Positions 1 to 12,410 of a DNA stretch of 64,000 nt are shown one piece after another (the first letter of the stretch is position 1; the number at the start of each line of letters is the position of its first letter). The position numbers were made by a program, and so were the translations under genes. The notes under the pieces were generated by a model. The model did no database searches. It worked only from the letters and a program-made list of their open reading frames with translations, and had not been told where the DNA came from. Source of the stretch: Vicugna vicugna (lineage: Eukaryota); contig MU061544.1 in assembly GCA_013265495.1 (NCBI GenBank), positions 148,214 to 212,213 on the forward strand. Reading direction: 5' to 3'.

Positions 1-330
1 CAAACAAAAACAAAGCATAAATACAGGACAGAAATAGACTCACAGACAGAGAATACAGACTTGTGGTTACCAGGAGGGTGGAGGGTGGGAAGGGATAGAC
101 TGGGATTTTAAAATTGTAGAATAGATAAACAAGATTACACTGTATAGCACAGGGAAATATACACAAAATGTTAAGATAACTCACAGAGAAAAAAATGTGA
201 CAATGAGTGTGTATATGTCCATGAATGACTGAAAAATTGTGCTGAACACTGGAATTTGACACAACACTGTAAAATGATTATGAATCAATAAAAAATGTTA
301 AAAAATGTTAAAAAAATAAAACAAATTAAA
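1..330 (+). mobile_element. Young (camelid-type) L1 3' UTR with A-rich tail; runs off the window start
   Basis: L1 3'UTR motifs (acagaaatagactcacagac...gtggttacc...ctgtatagcacagggaaatat), AATAAA and A-tail; near-identical fragment at 41374-41520. Confidence 0.85.
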
Positions 331-350
331 AATACTCTTAAGAAAATTAT

Positions 351-476
351 GGGGGGAGGGTAGCACTCAGTGGTACAGTGTGTGCTTAGCATGCATGTGG
401 TCCTGGGTTCAATCCCCAGTATCTCCATTAAAATAAATAAACCTAATTACCAACCCTCCCCCCCCCAAAAAAAAAA
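351..476 (+). mobile_element. tRNA-derived SINE (Vic-1-like)
   Basis: GGGGAGGG..CTCAGTGGTA A-box and GGTTCAATCCC B-box head, aaacctaattacc-C-run-A tail. Confidence 0.9.
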
Positions 477-479
477 CAC

Positions 480-2322
480 TTTTAGAAGAATTATATTTTG
501 TAAAAGAATTATATTTAACAAAATATAATAAAATACTTACTGAGAAGAGTAACATTGTTTTACAGTTTTACAAATCTGTTCAACGTCTGCCCTAACAGAT
601 GACAGGTGGAATCTCATATTCTGCATTAAACCTGTTGTGTTATGTTACTTTGGTAGAAGTACATATATGACCAAAATATGGCGTCTTGTAGAGAAGGATT
701 TGGGAAATGGAGGGCTATTTTTATAGCCTTGTAAGGAAATTTTGGATAATCCTTTTAATTTTTTTGAGGGGGGATAATCTTATTTCTTACTACATCCAAA
801 CTTCAACTGATGGTTTTATAAAAGTTACAGTGTGGAATTGTTGCTGCTCCAGGTCCTTGTTCACAACCCTCAAACCCCCCACCATTGGCAGGAGTGTCCT
901 TGCTCAAAATCTGCTAACCTCCGCCCCCCACATCCACCTTTAGCAGGAGTGAACGTAAATCTTTTCAGTTAAAGAGTCCAGAAATAAGACAGCGAGCTAC
1001 AGACACACACACAAAAACAGATGGAACCAGCTGGGAGCAAGATGGCAACGAAACTCACCAACAGACCCTGAGTCTCAGTATTTGCTGATTTTACTATATT
1101 AGCATATTAGATGACACACCTACCAGGAGCCAGGACGTGACATTAAGGACTGTAAAAGAATTAAGTTAAAAAAAAAAAAAAAAGGTGGCACCGTACTCCC
1201 TCAAAAAAAGCCCTGCCTCCTCCCTGGTAGACTAATACATATTCCTCCCCCTCATTAGCTTCACTCCTTCTCCCTTTGTCTTTACTCTTTAAAATTAAAT
1301 CACTCTTGGCAGGTGGGGGAGAAGTTGATCTGTGAACTTAGTTCCCACTTCTCCATTATTTGACCACTGAATAAAGCTTGTGCCGTGTCCATCTCAGCTT
1401 TGGTTTCCCCATTTGCCGACTGGAACTGGAATGGAAAACGAAGGGGAACCCTCCCCTCTGAAGCCATATCTCAAATTCTATCAATGGACCTTTTGTACTT
1501 TGTTACATGAAAAGCCACGGATATATCTTGCATTTTTAACATATCTTTTACACAAGAGTAATTTTGTAACATCAAGCATTGGTCACTAGAGAATTCTGGT
1601 TCACTGAGTTTTCATTATGTAATATAAAAACCATTATAATGATAGAATGACCGTAGTAACGTCATCACAAGTCTTTAAGTACTAAGCTGTCAGGCTTATG
1701 GAAGCATTTACAAGTTTCCCAAGCTCCTAATTTTTGCATGAAATCTCAAACTTTGTCTTTGGCAACAAATACTGTCAATCATTTTCCTTGAAGTGGCAGT
1801 CTCACTTTAATTATTTTGAGACATTATCTTCCATATGCCCCAAGTCTGAATAACCATTACTTCTCCGTCAGGAGTTCTTTCAAGTAAAAATAGTGTTCCA
1901 TGGAAAACAAAACACCTCAGCTCAAAACTCAAAACAACTGCATAAATGCTTTTCCTTCAGACAATCACTTCCTTTAGTATGCAACAGAAATGCTTTCTCT
2001 CGACTTCCCACGTCAACAGACAAAATGCTAAAAGATGTGCTAAGATTTCGGAAAATTATTTTTCCTGCTTTTCCCAGATCATTCTTAAGTGAAACCAGCA
2101 TTTAAAAACAAAAATAATGCGCACCCATTTTGGCACCAAAGCCTTGATTTGTCCTAAGGCACCAGTTCTATCCTGTTACTTTTGTAACTTCAGCGCAAAT
2201 ATTAACACAGTGAAAAAGAAAAATAATTTCTTTATATAATTATTAATTTCCTTACAGTCACAGACCACCTGAAAGGGTCTCATTGATGCCAATGGTTCAG
2301 TGGAACATATTTTGAGGACCAA
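480..2322 (-). mobile_element. hAT-Charlie DNA transposon fossil (Charlie1a-like), split by an LTR
   Basis: Resembles recalled Charlie1a consensus throughout; minus-strand transposase remnant WLFRLG...LQGK*LTVFVA at ~1760-1858; terminus ..catattttgaggacca. Confidence 0.8.
839..1457 (+). mobile_element. ERV1-type solo LTR inserted in the Charlie element
   Basis: Starts TGTTG, contains aagatggc motif and AATAAA near 1370; Charlie sequence resumes after it (tgtggaat | ctgaagccatatc); 3' end approximate. Confidence 0.65.
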
Positions 2323-2462
2323 AGGCTGAAAGTGAAAAGTCTAAACATAGGCTGAAAAGTATGGATTCAAGTTCTAGGTCTGCAATTTTCTAGCTATAAT
2401 GTGGGGTAAATCATTGAGCCATTTGTACCATCTCCCTTTTTCCCCAATACATGCTATGAAAG

Positions 2463-3063
2463 TGTTAGGCAGATAAGAAATGAGCACTGGACAGGGGGAG
2501 GGGAACGGGAAAGGAGCAACTCAGAAAATAACAGTACACCTGTGCTCAGGATAAGAGGCTCCAAAAACTTTTACTTTCTCTAAATGAGGGCCAGCAAAGA
2601 AGCCAGCTAGGATGGAACACTGTGGCTGCGCAACAGGGAGAAGGACCTGGCTTAACCTGACCTGCTGCTCATTATAATGTAATTCACATCACAGTTTGAG
2701 CCCTCTTCCCTTAGGTTTGTCTGTGTGCATCATAGGTAAGAACATGCCCAAAGGAGATGCGTGTGCCTGAGCACAAGGAGAATGAGCTGTCAGCCTGAGC
2801 ACCCAAAGAACCTCAGCCACAAATCAACCAATCACGAAAATGCCCCCTAAGCCAGGATATAAAAACAGGAAAAACAAAGTTGCAGCGACGTTTTTCCTCT
2901 CTTGGATTGGCCCGCTCCCAAGTCTTGGGAGTGTACTAGATTTTAAAGGATTTTTACTTTACTAATAAAATCTTATTTCTATCACACTTTCTCTCCTTAA
3001 AAATTCATTTTTGTCAGGCGACTAAGAACCGAGGTAATTGTCATTCCCCTCCTCCCAGTAACA
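2463..3063 (+). mobile_element. ERV1-type solo LTR, 601 bp
   Basis: TG...CA termini with 4-bp TSD AAAG (2459-2462, 3064-3067); CCAAT near 2828, TATAAAA near 2858, AATAAA near 2964. Confidence 0.85.
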
Positions 3064-3583
3064 AAAGTATATTTTAGTTACCATCACCACCACTGGCTTT
3101 TCATGAACACATAAAACAGTTAATAGCATCCCTTTAACATTTAAGTACGCCAGTGCTGCGTACTGGCAATACAGTGTTACATAACGCCTCTGTGTAAAAA
3201 CATTTCTAAGCAAATAAGGTTGAAAGGATTACAAAAATTCATTTATCTCAACTTCGATGATGTAACAGCTTTGGCGTCCCTGTAACATTTGAAATATCAG
3301 GAAGACACAGACAGTCCATTACCAGAAATACAACATGACTCTCAGAATATCACTGTACACGTAGAACAAGTAATACTACAGAGGAACTTAAGAGCCTACC
3401 TTTGAGAATCACAGAGCTCCTGTACTCCGGCTCTCCTTTCTCCTTCTCTGGTGCTCTGGCCAGTTTGCCCATCTAGCTTTCACGAGATTCCCCACATCTT
3501 AGCTCAATTCCTTGGGTTTTCCTGTTGGTGGAGAAGCAGTTACGCCTTCAGCGTCTTTTCTCAAAAGCTGACATCTGCTAGAT

Positions 3584-3775
3584 CAGGGCTTCTCAAAGCC
3601 TTAGATGCGCTGGAATCACCTGAAGAGATCTTTAGATCAATTACACCTGAGAGCCCCACCCTCCACGATGCTGACTCCGTAGGGTGGGGGTGGTCAGGTA
3701 ACTGTGTTTGTAAAACATCCCAGGTGACATCCATGTTACTAATCTCAGGACCACACTTTTAGTTGACAAACTATT
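3584..3775. mobile_element. MER5A-like hAT MITE
   Basis: cagggcttctcaaa start, ggaatcacctg and cccaggtga motifs, ggaccacacttt end. Confidence 0.7.
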
Positions 3776-3822
3776 CTACTACTAACACAGATCATCTTCA
3801 AAATATAATTCAGGTATGTTAT

Positions 3823-4374
3823 TGTAGGGTAGCGCAATGTGCCACCCCAAAATTGTGTCTCTTTAGCATGTGGATTATTTCGAGCTGAAACAATCAAGGC
3901 TAAAAAGACCCCCAAAAAACTTTGACCCTCCCAACTGCCTAAAACAATGTAGATGAGGACCTGTTCCAGGAAGGGAGTTACCACCATAGATAACTATACT
4001 TTAATACAAAGCAGGTGTGTAGACAGGGAGGCATTTAGTAATGTTAAAATTCCTGTGTTCCACTGACTGCCTGGCCCAGCAAACATGTGTTTACCAAACA
4101 TTTGCTTTTCTATCTCCATGTGAATTGCCTTCCTCCCCTTTGAAGTCCCAAACCACTACCCCCAACATCCTCTTTAGTCGTCAACTAAAGATGATATTTA
4201 AGGTGAGGGCTTCCGCCATTCTGGCAAGTTCCTCAGTTTTCCTGGGTCTCTCCCATGTACACATCTTATTAAACTTGTGTAAGATTTTCCCGTTAATCTG
4301 TTTCATGTCAACTGAATTCTCAGACCAGTCAGAAGAACCTAGAGGGGTAGAGGAAAATTTCTTACTCCCCGACA
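3823..4374 (+). mobile_element. ERV1 solo LTR (MER34-like)
   Basis: TG...CA termini with 4-bp TSD TTAT; gccaccccaaaa start and aacctagaggggtagaggaaaatttc end. Confidence 0.85.
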
Positions 4375-5197
4375 TTATCATGCCATCAGGGGCATGGTTT
4401 CTTTTTTTTTTTCCCCCTTACCAAGATCACCAGGCACGTAGGGCAGGGAAGCAGAGAAAATCTGCATTCAAGCTATTAAAAAACAAACAAACAAACAAAA
4501 ACTCACACACACACAAAAGAAAAAGTTGAAACCAAAAGAAACAGTTCCTTAATGAATTGGCAGTTTAAATTCAGTTTAAATTTAAACTAAAGAGAATTAG
4601 GTATGCTTGGTAAAATAAACAGCTGATGGTATTTAATTTTCCCTTTCTCTTATTTTAAAGGCTCAGGGATTCACTCAATTCATTGGCAGATAAACACAGT
4701 TTCCGTTGACTTTTTATCTCATGGAATTTTTCCTATTTTATAGGTTGCGTATTTCAGGGCTTGAATTTTTCCTTTGGAAATTATCTTTTCAACTTCACGT
4801 GAATTAGTTCTTTTTTAAAATAATAAACCACCTGCAGAAATGTGTTAGCCTAAAGAAAACTAAAGTTTGTAAATCTGTGAAAGGGCAGAAATCAAAGCTC
4901 TCTGGAAGGAGTTAGCTATGAATGTTCATGATAGCCTGTTAAGTCACATTCGAGGGAAAAAGCTAAATGGCTATTTGCTGATTATTTTTTAAAATTTAAA
5001 GCCCAAACTGGTCATTGAAAGTAACTTTCCAGTAGAAAAAACAATCCAAAGAGAATACAACACCATTGCTAATGGCATCCATGAATAAGATGCAAACATG
5101 CCAGAGGGTGGCGGGAGAGAGGGGTAGAGAAACAGTTTACTCTGGAAATATGTTTTAATGATGAGGTGGCTACTAAGACATATTACTTGATTTATGC

Positions 5198-5326
5198 TTT
5201 TTTAGGGGGGGAGGTAATTAGGTTTATTTCCTTACTTATTTTTTTTAAGTGGAGGTACTGGGGATTGAACCTAAGACCTTGTGCATGCTAGGCAGGCACT
5301 CTACTACTGAGCTATCCCCACCCTCC
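5198..5326 (-). mobile_element. tRNA-derived SINE (Vic-1-like)
   Basis: Reverse complement of the SINE head (ggggattgaacc...actgagctat). Confidence 0.9.
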
Positions 5327-5704
5327 ACAAAAGATATTATTTGAAATTGCTTAAAGTCAATTACATTTTGAACATTAGGACTATACTTAATTTGGCATCC
5401 CTGTATTAAAATATCAGGAAGATACACATAGTCTATTATCAGAAATAAAACATGACTCTCAGAATATCACTGTACACATAGAACTAGTAACACCACAGCA
5501 GATCAAATATGAAAGACCACATTTAAAAGTAATGGACCATTCAACCATTCTCTTTTCATATTTGAGAAAACTTACCTGTATTACTTCCTTAAGGGCTTTA
5601 GTATCCAAAATTATTTCATCAAATCCAATCACCGTAGCATGTAGGTGTCTAGATCTCATTTTGTATATCATGACACTGTATACCTATGCACCTTCCAGAA
5701 TAAA

Positions 5705-6595
5705 GAACAGTTAAGAAACAAACTGGCTTTATTAGGCGATTCATGAATTAGGCAAGCATCCTATCTAATGTTGACAAATAAATGCGTTAGCCTAAAAGTT
5801 GAGAGTTATGTTGTATTTGGCGGGAGGACTTGAGCCAGGATGACAGCCTCTCAGGTTGCTCTGAGGGACTGCTCCGCAGACGTGAGGGAGGAGCTAGGAT
5901 ATATAGGAGCTTTGCAACAAACACCAGGTAGTTGGAACAATAAAAGATGACTTGTTACCTAAAGAAAACAGGCATCTCAAGTTAAAGAATTTAGTGCTTT
6001 TTTACGTACGGGAGGAAGCAAACATTTGGGCTCATTGAATTCATTCCTCTGACAATCACCTAGCTATCTAGGGCCAGTATCCTGTCCTTTCTTATTCTGA
6101 GTCCCCGCAGAGGGCACCACTGTGAGTGGCTGCAGAGGCTGGGCTGCAGGCTTGTCTTCACGGGGCGGGGGGAGGGGGCAGCAGCTGATGACTTGATGGC
6201 TTCAGCATCCTTTGTTAACTGATGCGGTTTGCAGTAGTTTTCGTTCACACTAACAACTAGAGGGGTACTTCGAGGGACTGTACAAAATGGAAGGTTTTTA
6301 TAGGAAGAAGAGTTGAGCAAGGGAGCTATTAGTAAAAGGAAAAAAAAATTTAGGCCAGGACATCTTTTGAGGAGAAAGGCAATGGCAAAGGTTTTATCAT
6401 GCAGATTGCCTCTTCTTCCACTGGGGGGTGGAGAGGGCCTATGTGACAGATCATCTTATTGAAGCTGATCAGAAAATTCCAGACTGGTTGAGTAAAATTA
6501 CCTATCTGAGGAAAGTCAAAACTGCAATTAAGTGTTGATTTGCTGTCATGGGGGGTAAATGACTCTATTTGGGGCCTGATATTTCTTTTTTAACA
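5705..6595 (-). mobile_element. Older ERV1 solo LTR (host of a nested LTR)
   Basis: Minus strand begins TGTTAAAAAAG at 6595, TATAAAA near 6300, AATAAAA near 5730; left boundary approximate. Confidence 0.7.
5769..6249 (-). mobile_element. Younger ERV1 solo LTR nested in the previous LTR
   Basis: TG...CA termini with 4-bp TSD CTAA (5765-5768, 6250-6253); CpGs retained. Confidence 0.85.
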
Positions 6596-6730
6596 GACTT
6601 TCAAATGCCTAAATGCGGTACCTTTGTTATTTCTTCTCCCTAAATGAGAGATTAGGAAATGCTTTAGGAAAGGAGACACCTGAGCTGAATCTTGGATTAA
6701 CCGGAGTAACTCAGATGAGGGAGGGAACAG

Positions 6731-6873
6731 TGAAACAGAGCAGGACCCCGTGGGGCCCTCCCGGGTGCAAGTCTCTTCCATGTCCCCCATTTCTTGTTTG
6801 TGGGAAATAGGCTTCATTCAGCCTCCCTGACCTTCCCTGAGTTCCAAACGGCAGATTCAAACAGTTGCTGATC
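6731..6873 (+). mobile_element. 5' fragment of an ERV1-type LTR
   Basis: tgaaacagagcaggacc start, GC-rich LTR-like sequence, truncated. Confidence 0.5.
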
Positions 6874-7109
6874 CTTCCTTGTTTCCTTCTCTCTTCTTCC
6901 TTTCTTCCCAGCTTAAACTAGTGAACCACCCACTTTGCAAAGTCTAGCCTCTAAGTATCCTCATTGCCGGGGTGGGACACTTTTATTCTAACAGCCCACA
7001 TTATAATACACTAATATTGGTTTCTAGTTGCATTTTAAAGAGAAATATTTGATTGGCTGTAGTTTAAAGCCTTGCTGGCTGTTTGTGATTGGTTGTCCTT
7101 AGAGTTGTG

Positions 7110-7229
7110 TTTTTTTGGGGGGCGGTAATTAGATTTATTATTTATTTGTTTTAACGGTGGTCCTGGGAATTGAACCCAGGACCTCATGCATGCTAGGCAT
7201 ACACTTTACCACTGAGCTACACCCTCCCC
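7110..7229 (-). mobile_element. tRNA-derived SINE (Vic-1-like)
   Basis: Reverse-complement A/B-box head and tail. Confidence 0.9.
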
Positions 7230-7319
7230 TTCTAGTTGCATTTTAAACTGGAGATAGTAGCAAAATAAATAAAAGAGCTAAAATATATTAAATGCCCAAT
7301 ATGGACATGGAATTTAATA

Positions 7320-7617
7320 GAGTCCACTCCGTGTCCCATTGTCTCTGCCTGGCCGAGCAAACATGTGTTTACCAAACGTTTGCTTTTCCAGCTCCCTGTG
7401 AACTACCTTCCTCCTCTTTTAAGTCCCAAACCACTACCCCCAACATCCTCTTTTGTCTTTGGCCTGAGATGGTGTTGCCAACTTACTCAGTTCTCCTGGG
7501 TCTCTCCCATGTACACATGTTTATTAAACTTCCATTTCTCCTGTTTCATGTTAATTTAATTCTTAGATCAGCCACAAGAACCTAGAAGGGTAGAGAGAAA
7601 TTTTTTCCTCCTCAACA
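7320..7617 (+). mobile_element. 3' half of a MER34-like LTR
   Basis: Clearly homologous to 4060-4374 (gcaaacatgtgtttaccaaac, aagtcccaaaccactacccccaacatcctc); ends ..ctcaaca. Confidence 0.8.
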
Positions 7618-8859
7618 ATGCTCACTCAGAATATTGGTAATAACATTATTATGATGCAGAGAAGTTACCACATTGCATCTTACCTAAGGATAATTGGGTG
7701 GTAGGCCAATGTTAATCCTTTAATTAATGACACATTAGGTGATACAGGAAAATCCTCCTACTAAATGTTGTGCAGAGGTAGCGGGATAATCCTAGCTATA
7801 AGGCAGTTGCTGATATGATACTTGCACACCATATATTTTGACTTTCTAATAAAAGGCCTGTATTCATATTCTAAGCAAATAACTATGGAAGGAGTAAGTA
7901 TACATATAAATGCAAATGATGAAGCAACTTCTTATTAAACTGACCAGAAACTGACGGTGCTTTCATTTGCTTGTATTCAGTATTAAAATCTTGACTTTTT
8001 TGTGATTGATTTGTTTTTAGGTTAACTATTCCATACACAGCAGGTATTCAATAAATAATGTTGACTGACAGATGGTTGAATGTTAGAATGTACTTCATCC
8101 TTACAGGCAAATAGACACCTGGTGATGGATTATGGTCAGTCTTTAAAATATATTTTGTGCATGTTTCAGAATAATTACTCGCTAAGTTTAATTCCGAATT
8201 TAGAATGGTTGATAGCTATCATTAATTAGTCTAGTTTAGTTTTTATTATGGGGTTGAATTCAAACTGGTTAAAATGTTTCAGTGCCATGCTATTTACAGT
8301 TTAAAATTCTATTTTTAAAACTTGTAAAGACATACAAGGTAGCTTTCCTTCTGCTATTGTTGTAGTAAATTCCAGGACAGTAACTATAAATGATTGCTGC
8401 TTAATTATTCATGAAAAAAATCAGTAGATTCTCTGTTCACTTCTTTTAACTCATGAAGCTAAGTTATGAAGCTCATTTTCTTACAAAGTAAGTTGGTGTT
8501 TGATAACTTTAACCATGATTTTTCCCAACATGGCAATAACTCTTTCAGGACCCTCCTCTTTAGAGCACTAGGAACCTATTACCTCCATATTGTGAAGATA
8601 ATTCATTGCCTGGAAATGTCCTCATTTAAATGTTCCACTTCATTTCTTCCAGTATATACAGTTCAGAGGAGTTAGTTTCTTTTGAAACAAATTCATGCCA
8701 GAACCCCAGGGATGGTTATCCAAATGAACAAATATATTGGACAGAAAAGGTTAAAATAGGTGATCTGAATCACTCTTAAGCACTTCTTTTTTCTAACACT
8801 CAATGGCATCTTTTATTCAGACATTTTCACAATTTACAATTGAAGAATGTTATTAAACA

Positions 8860-9095
8860 CAGCTGTATATTATACATGAAAGTTGTGGAGAGACTAAATC
8901 CTAGGAGTTCTCTTTACAAGGAAAATATTTTTTTTCTATTGCTTTCATTTTGTATCTATATGAGATGATGAATGTTCACTAAGCTTATTGTGGCCATCAT
9001 TTCATGATGTGGGTAAGTCAAACCATTATGCTGTACACCTTCAACAGTGCTGTTTGTCAATTATATCTCGCTAAAACTAGAAGAAAAAAGAAAAA
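8860..9095 (+). mobile_element. Old L1 (L1MC-type) 3' end
   Basis: aaatcctaggagttctc...atgctgtacacctt...gtcaattatatctc and A tail. Confidence 0.7.
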
Positions 9096-10349
9096 TCGTC
9101 CACAGGCACTGACATCTTTGCAAGGCAGAACACACATTTACTGCAACAATTCTTATAGATTGCCTATGAGGCAATCTGTGAGGTTCAACTGAAATACTTG
9201 TTTTGAAAATAATTCATTTAGCATCCATTAATAGTCGTATTATAAAAAGGATGATGTTCAAATCATTTTCAGACAAGGGCATTCTTGTGTCATTAGGGAA
9301 GTGCTCTTTTTAAGTGTCAAACTATTATACTTAGAAACTGTCACTAAGAAGGTAGCCATCTGTCATTATTTATTGTCAAAAGGAACATTCATTGACATGG
9401 CTCAAGTGAACTCTGTTAGCATTTCTCACTCTTGTTTAGCTATTATGCCTACAATTGGCCATTTGCATAAAAGCCCACTGGCAAAAATCTAACAGAATTT
9501 TAAAGTTAGGTTTTATTTTAAGCTCTATTTGGATTTCTTATAATGAAAAAAAAAAGGAAGTAAGAGCTACAAAAGTAATCTTTTTCTCTTTGGAAATATT
9601 GCCTAGTTTATGACCATGAATATCAGTAGATGACAAGTCAGTAAGTTTTAGCATTTGCTGCTTCTAAAATCCATTGCTAAATTTGAGAAAAATCTGTGTG
9701 TATTCTTTCAATATATAGTGCCAGCAAGAAATATTCTACTTTAGAAATAATATTAGCAACTAGAGAAATGGGAGGGGGATTTTATGTGATTATAAGTACA
9801 ATCTTAACTTTAATATAGAAAACAGAATGTTCAAGATGACTATGAAATATTCAATTATTTCCTGTTAATTATAGGATCCAAAATGGTCCATTTCTTTGCC
9901 TTGAGTACTTCCATCTTCTTTTATTTGGAAGTCATTTGCTTTTCATTCTATTTATGTTTTCCCAATTTTATATCCTTAAGATAAATTTTAGACCTATAAC
10001 AAATGGCCCATTGAATAGTTGGCCTTGTCAAACTGATAGGCAGGAAGGAAAAAAAAAATTGCTCGCTTCCAGAGGTCCATTTACTTATTAATGACAGGGT
10101 AGCTTACTATATTTTTCTGAGTATGAATTACTTCATCCAAGGTAGAGAGCCTGGCACAGAGAGATGGGATGAAAGGTAGGCCTTTGAAATGCCACTTTAA
10201 AACCTCTCTATGACTTATATTTCATTTGCTAGAGAACTGGTTTTGAAATATGTAACTTTCATTTTACAAAGCACTTGGACGGATGCAAAACAATAGATCC
10301 AGTAAGCATATTTCCTGGGGTTACACATGGAACATTACTGGGAAACCTG

Positions 10350-10825
10350 TTCCATTATTTATTACTTGTGAGATTTGGGGCAAGACATTTCATCTTCCTG
10401 AACCTTAGTTTTCTCATCTAGGAGCAGCAACAGCTTAGTGGTAGAGCGTGCGCTTAGCATGCAGGGGGTCCCAGGTTCAGTCTCCAGTACCTCCATTAAA
10501 AAAATAAATGAATAAAATAAAACATTCGGGTGAACTTCTTCTCTGCTAAAAGGGATGGAGAATCTTACCTAAAGCATCTAAGATTATCATTCAAATGTCT
10601 TATTCTTTTAGTAGATGTGTCCAAAAAATCTTACCCTTGATACTGAACTTATTTGAACATTAGGACCAGTCATAAAAAAACAAACACACACTTATAATCT
10701 TAAAAAAGAGGTTTAAAATAACTACTCAATAATGTTATTTTGAGGATTAGCTATATAAAGTTTTTGGAGTAGCTGGCAGAGTTGGCATTAAATAATTGGT
10801 AGCTAATAATGTTATTATTATCACC
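10350..10825 (+). mobile_element. MIR fragments interrupted by a SINE
   Basis: gggcaagacatttcatcttcctgaaccttagttttctcatct core; tgaggatta and tagctaataatgttattatt 3' part. Confidence 0.5.
10421..10522 (+). mobile_element. tRNA-derived SINE (Vic-1-like, diverged)
   Basis: agcttagtggtagagcgtgcgcttagcatgc...ggttcagtctccagtacctccattaaa. Confidence 0.85.
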
Positions 10826-11879
10826 ACTAGTGATACAAATATTGGGCATTTACAAATTGCAGTTATCCAATGGACAATATTGTACATAATCACGAGTTCA
10901 TATTTAGTTGTTCTCTTTCATATGAAGCTTATTGTTTTATGAATTACAAGTAAAGTTTATATATTTGTCTTTATGCTTTGATTTTATATTTGCATAATTG
11001 TTTTTGCCAACAGATCCATTATCATATATTTTGGGATCACTCACTGTATGTCTAATATCACCTGCCTTGGGCACAGGGCAAATGACTTAACAAACCAGCA
11101 ATGACTAGTGTATTTTCCTGTTCAGTACATCAACATGATAGGTATCATACCTTTCTTCCCCCTCAAAAAAAAAAAAAAAAAACCCATTCAAGTGAGAGAA
11201 GAATACCCAGCTAGATTATAAGTGGTCTCCCAGCATGCACTACGAATCCTGACTTACCACTATTTTCCAATGCAGACAAGATTATCTGATTTTTGTCACC
11301 TACCTGTATATCCCATCAGTGAGTTTCACTGATTTTGGGAATAACAGCAAACTCCTGAGACCAAGACTCAATTTGTCTTCTCATTGACAAAAATGCCAGC
11401 CATATTGTCTTTCTTCCCATTCCTCAAAAATCTTCAAGCTCCCTCCCGCCCCAATGATTTTTCACATGCTGTTCCCTCTAACTGAAATGCTCTTCTAAGT
11501 GTCTCTTCGTCTAGCTCACTCATATTCATCCTGTGATATTGACTTAGACATTTATTTCCCCAGTGAAATCATCACAGATCATTTCCTGCACTCAAGTCCA
11601 GAACCTTTCCCTCTCATAGTACCACGTTTCTTTCCTTCAGCAACAGCAAAAAAAAAAAAAAAAAAAAGACATGTAACAATTAAATATCCATTAAATAAGA
11701 TATGTATGTGTGTGTGTCTGTTTGTGTGCCTGTACAAATGAATTTAAAGACTTCCAGGTATCTAAATTTTCAGATAGGAGCTCTATTCCTGGACACTATA
11801 TCAAGATGAATTTGGATTATTTAAGTAGACTCAGCATCTGTCCTGCATTTGAAAGCAAAATCTATCCTTAAGAATACTT

Positions 11880-12410
11880 CTATTACAATACCACCCAGCA
11901 ATTCTATCCCTAGGTGTGTATCCAAAGTAAATGAAAGCATATGTTCACACAAAGATTTGTACAATAATATTCATGGCAGCTTTATTCACAACGGCCCGAA
12001 ACAATGGCCTAAATTAGAGGGAACAACTTAAATGTCCATCAGCTGATGGATGGAAACAAAAAGTGGCATATCAATATGACAGAATGCCATTCAGCAATAA
12101 AAAGGGATGAAGTATTGATACATGCAGCAACATGGATGAAACTCAAAAACATTATGCTAGGTGGAAAAATCCAAACACAAGAGACTAAATATTGTAGGAT
12201 TCCATTTATATGATGTCCAGAAAAGGCAAATTTATAGAAGCAGAAAGTAGATTAGTGGTTGCCCAGACCTAGGGGGTGATAATGAAGATTAACTGTAAAT
12301 GGGCATGAGGGATCTTATTGGAAGGATTAGAATGTTCTAAAACCGGTTTATGATGATGGTTGCATGATTTGGTAAAGTTCCTAAAAATCACTGAATAGTT
12401 ACAAATACGA
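11880..12410 (+). mobile_element. Old L1 (L1MB-type) ORF2 end and 3' UTR
   Basis: cccagcaattc..cctagg, aaatgtccatca, aacattatgcta, gattagtggttgcc motifs. Confidence 0.8.

Noticed and set aside
4041..4529. Longest ORF in the track (162 aa) and its look-alike at 7292-7585
   Set aside because: Both lie mostly within MER34-like LTR sequence; the similarity is repeat homology
4561..4588. 16-bp perfect palindrome agtttaaatttaaact with an adjacent short tandem copy
   Set aside because: Low-complexity AT sequence, most likely slippage
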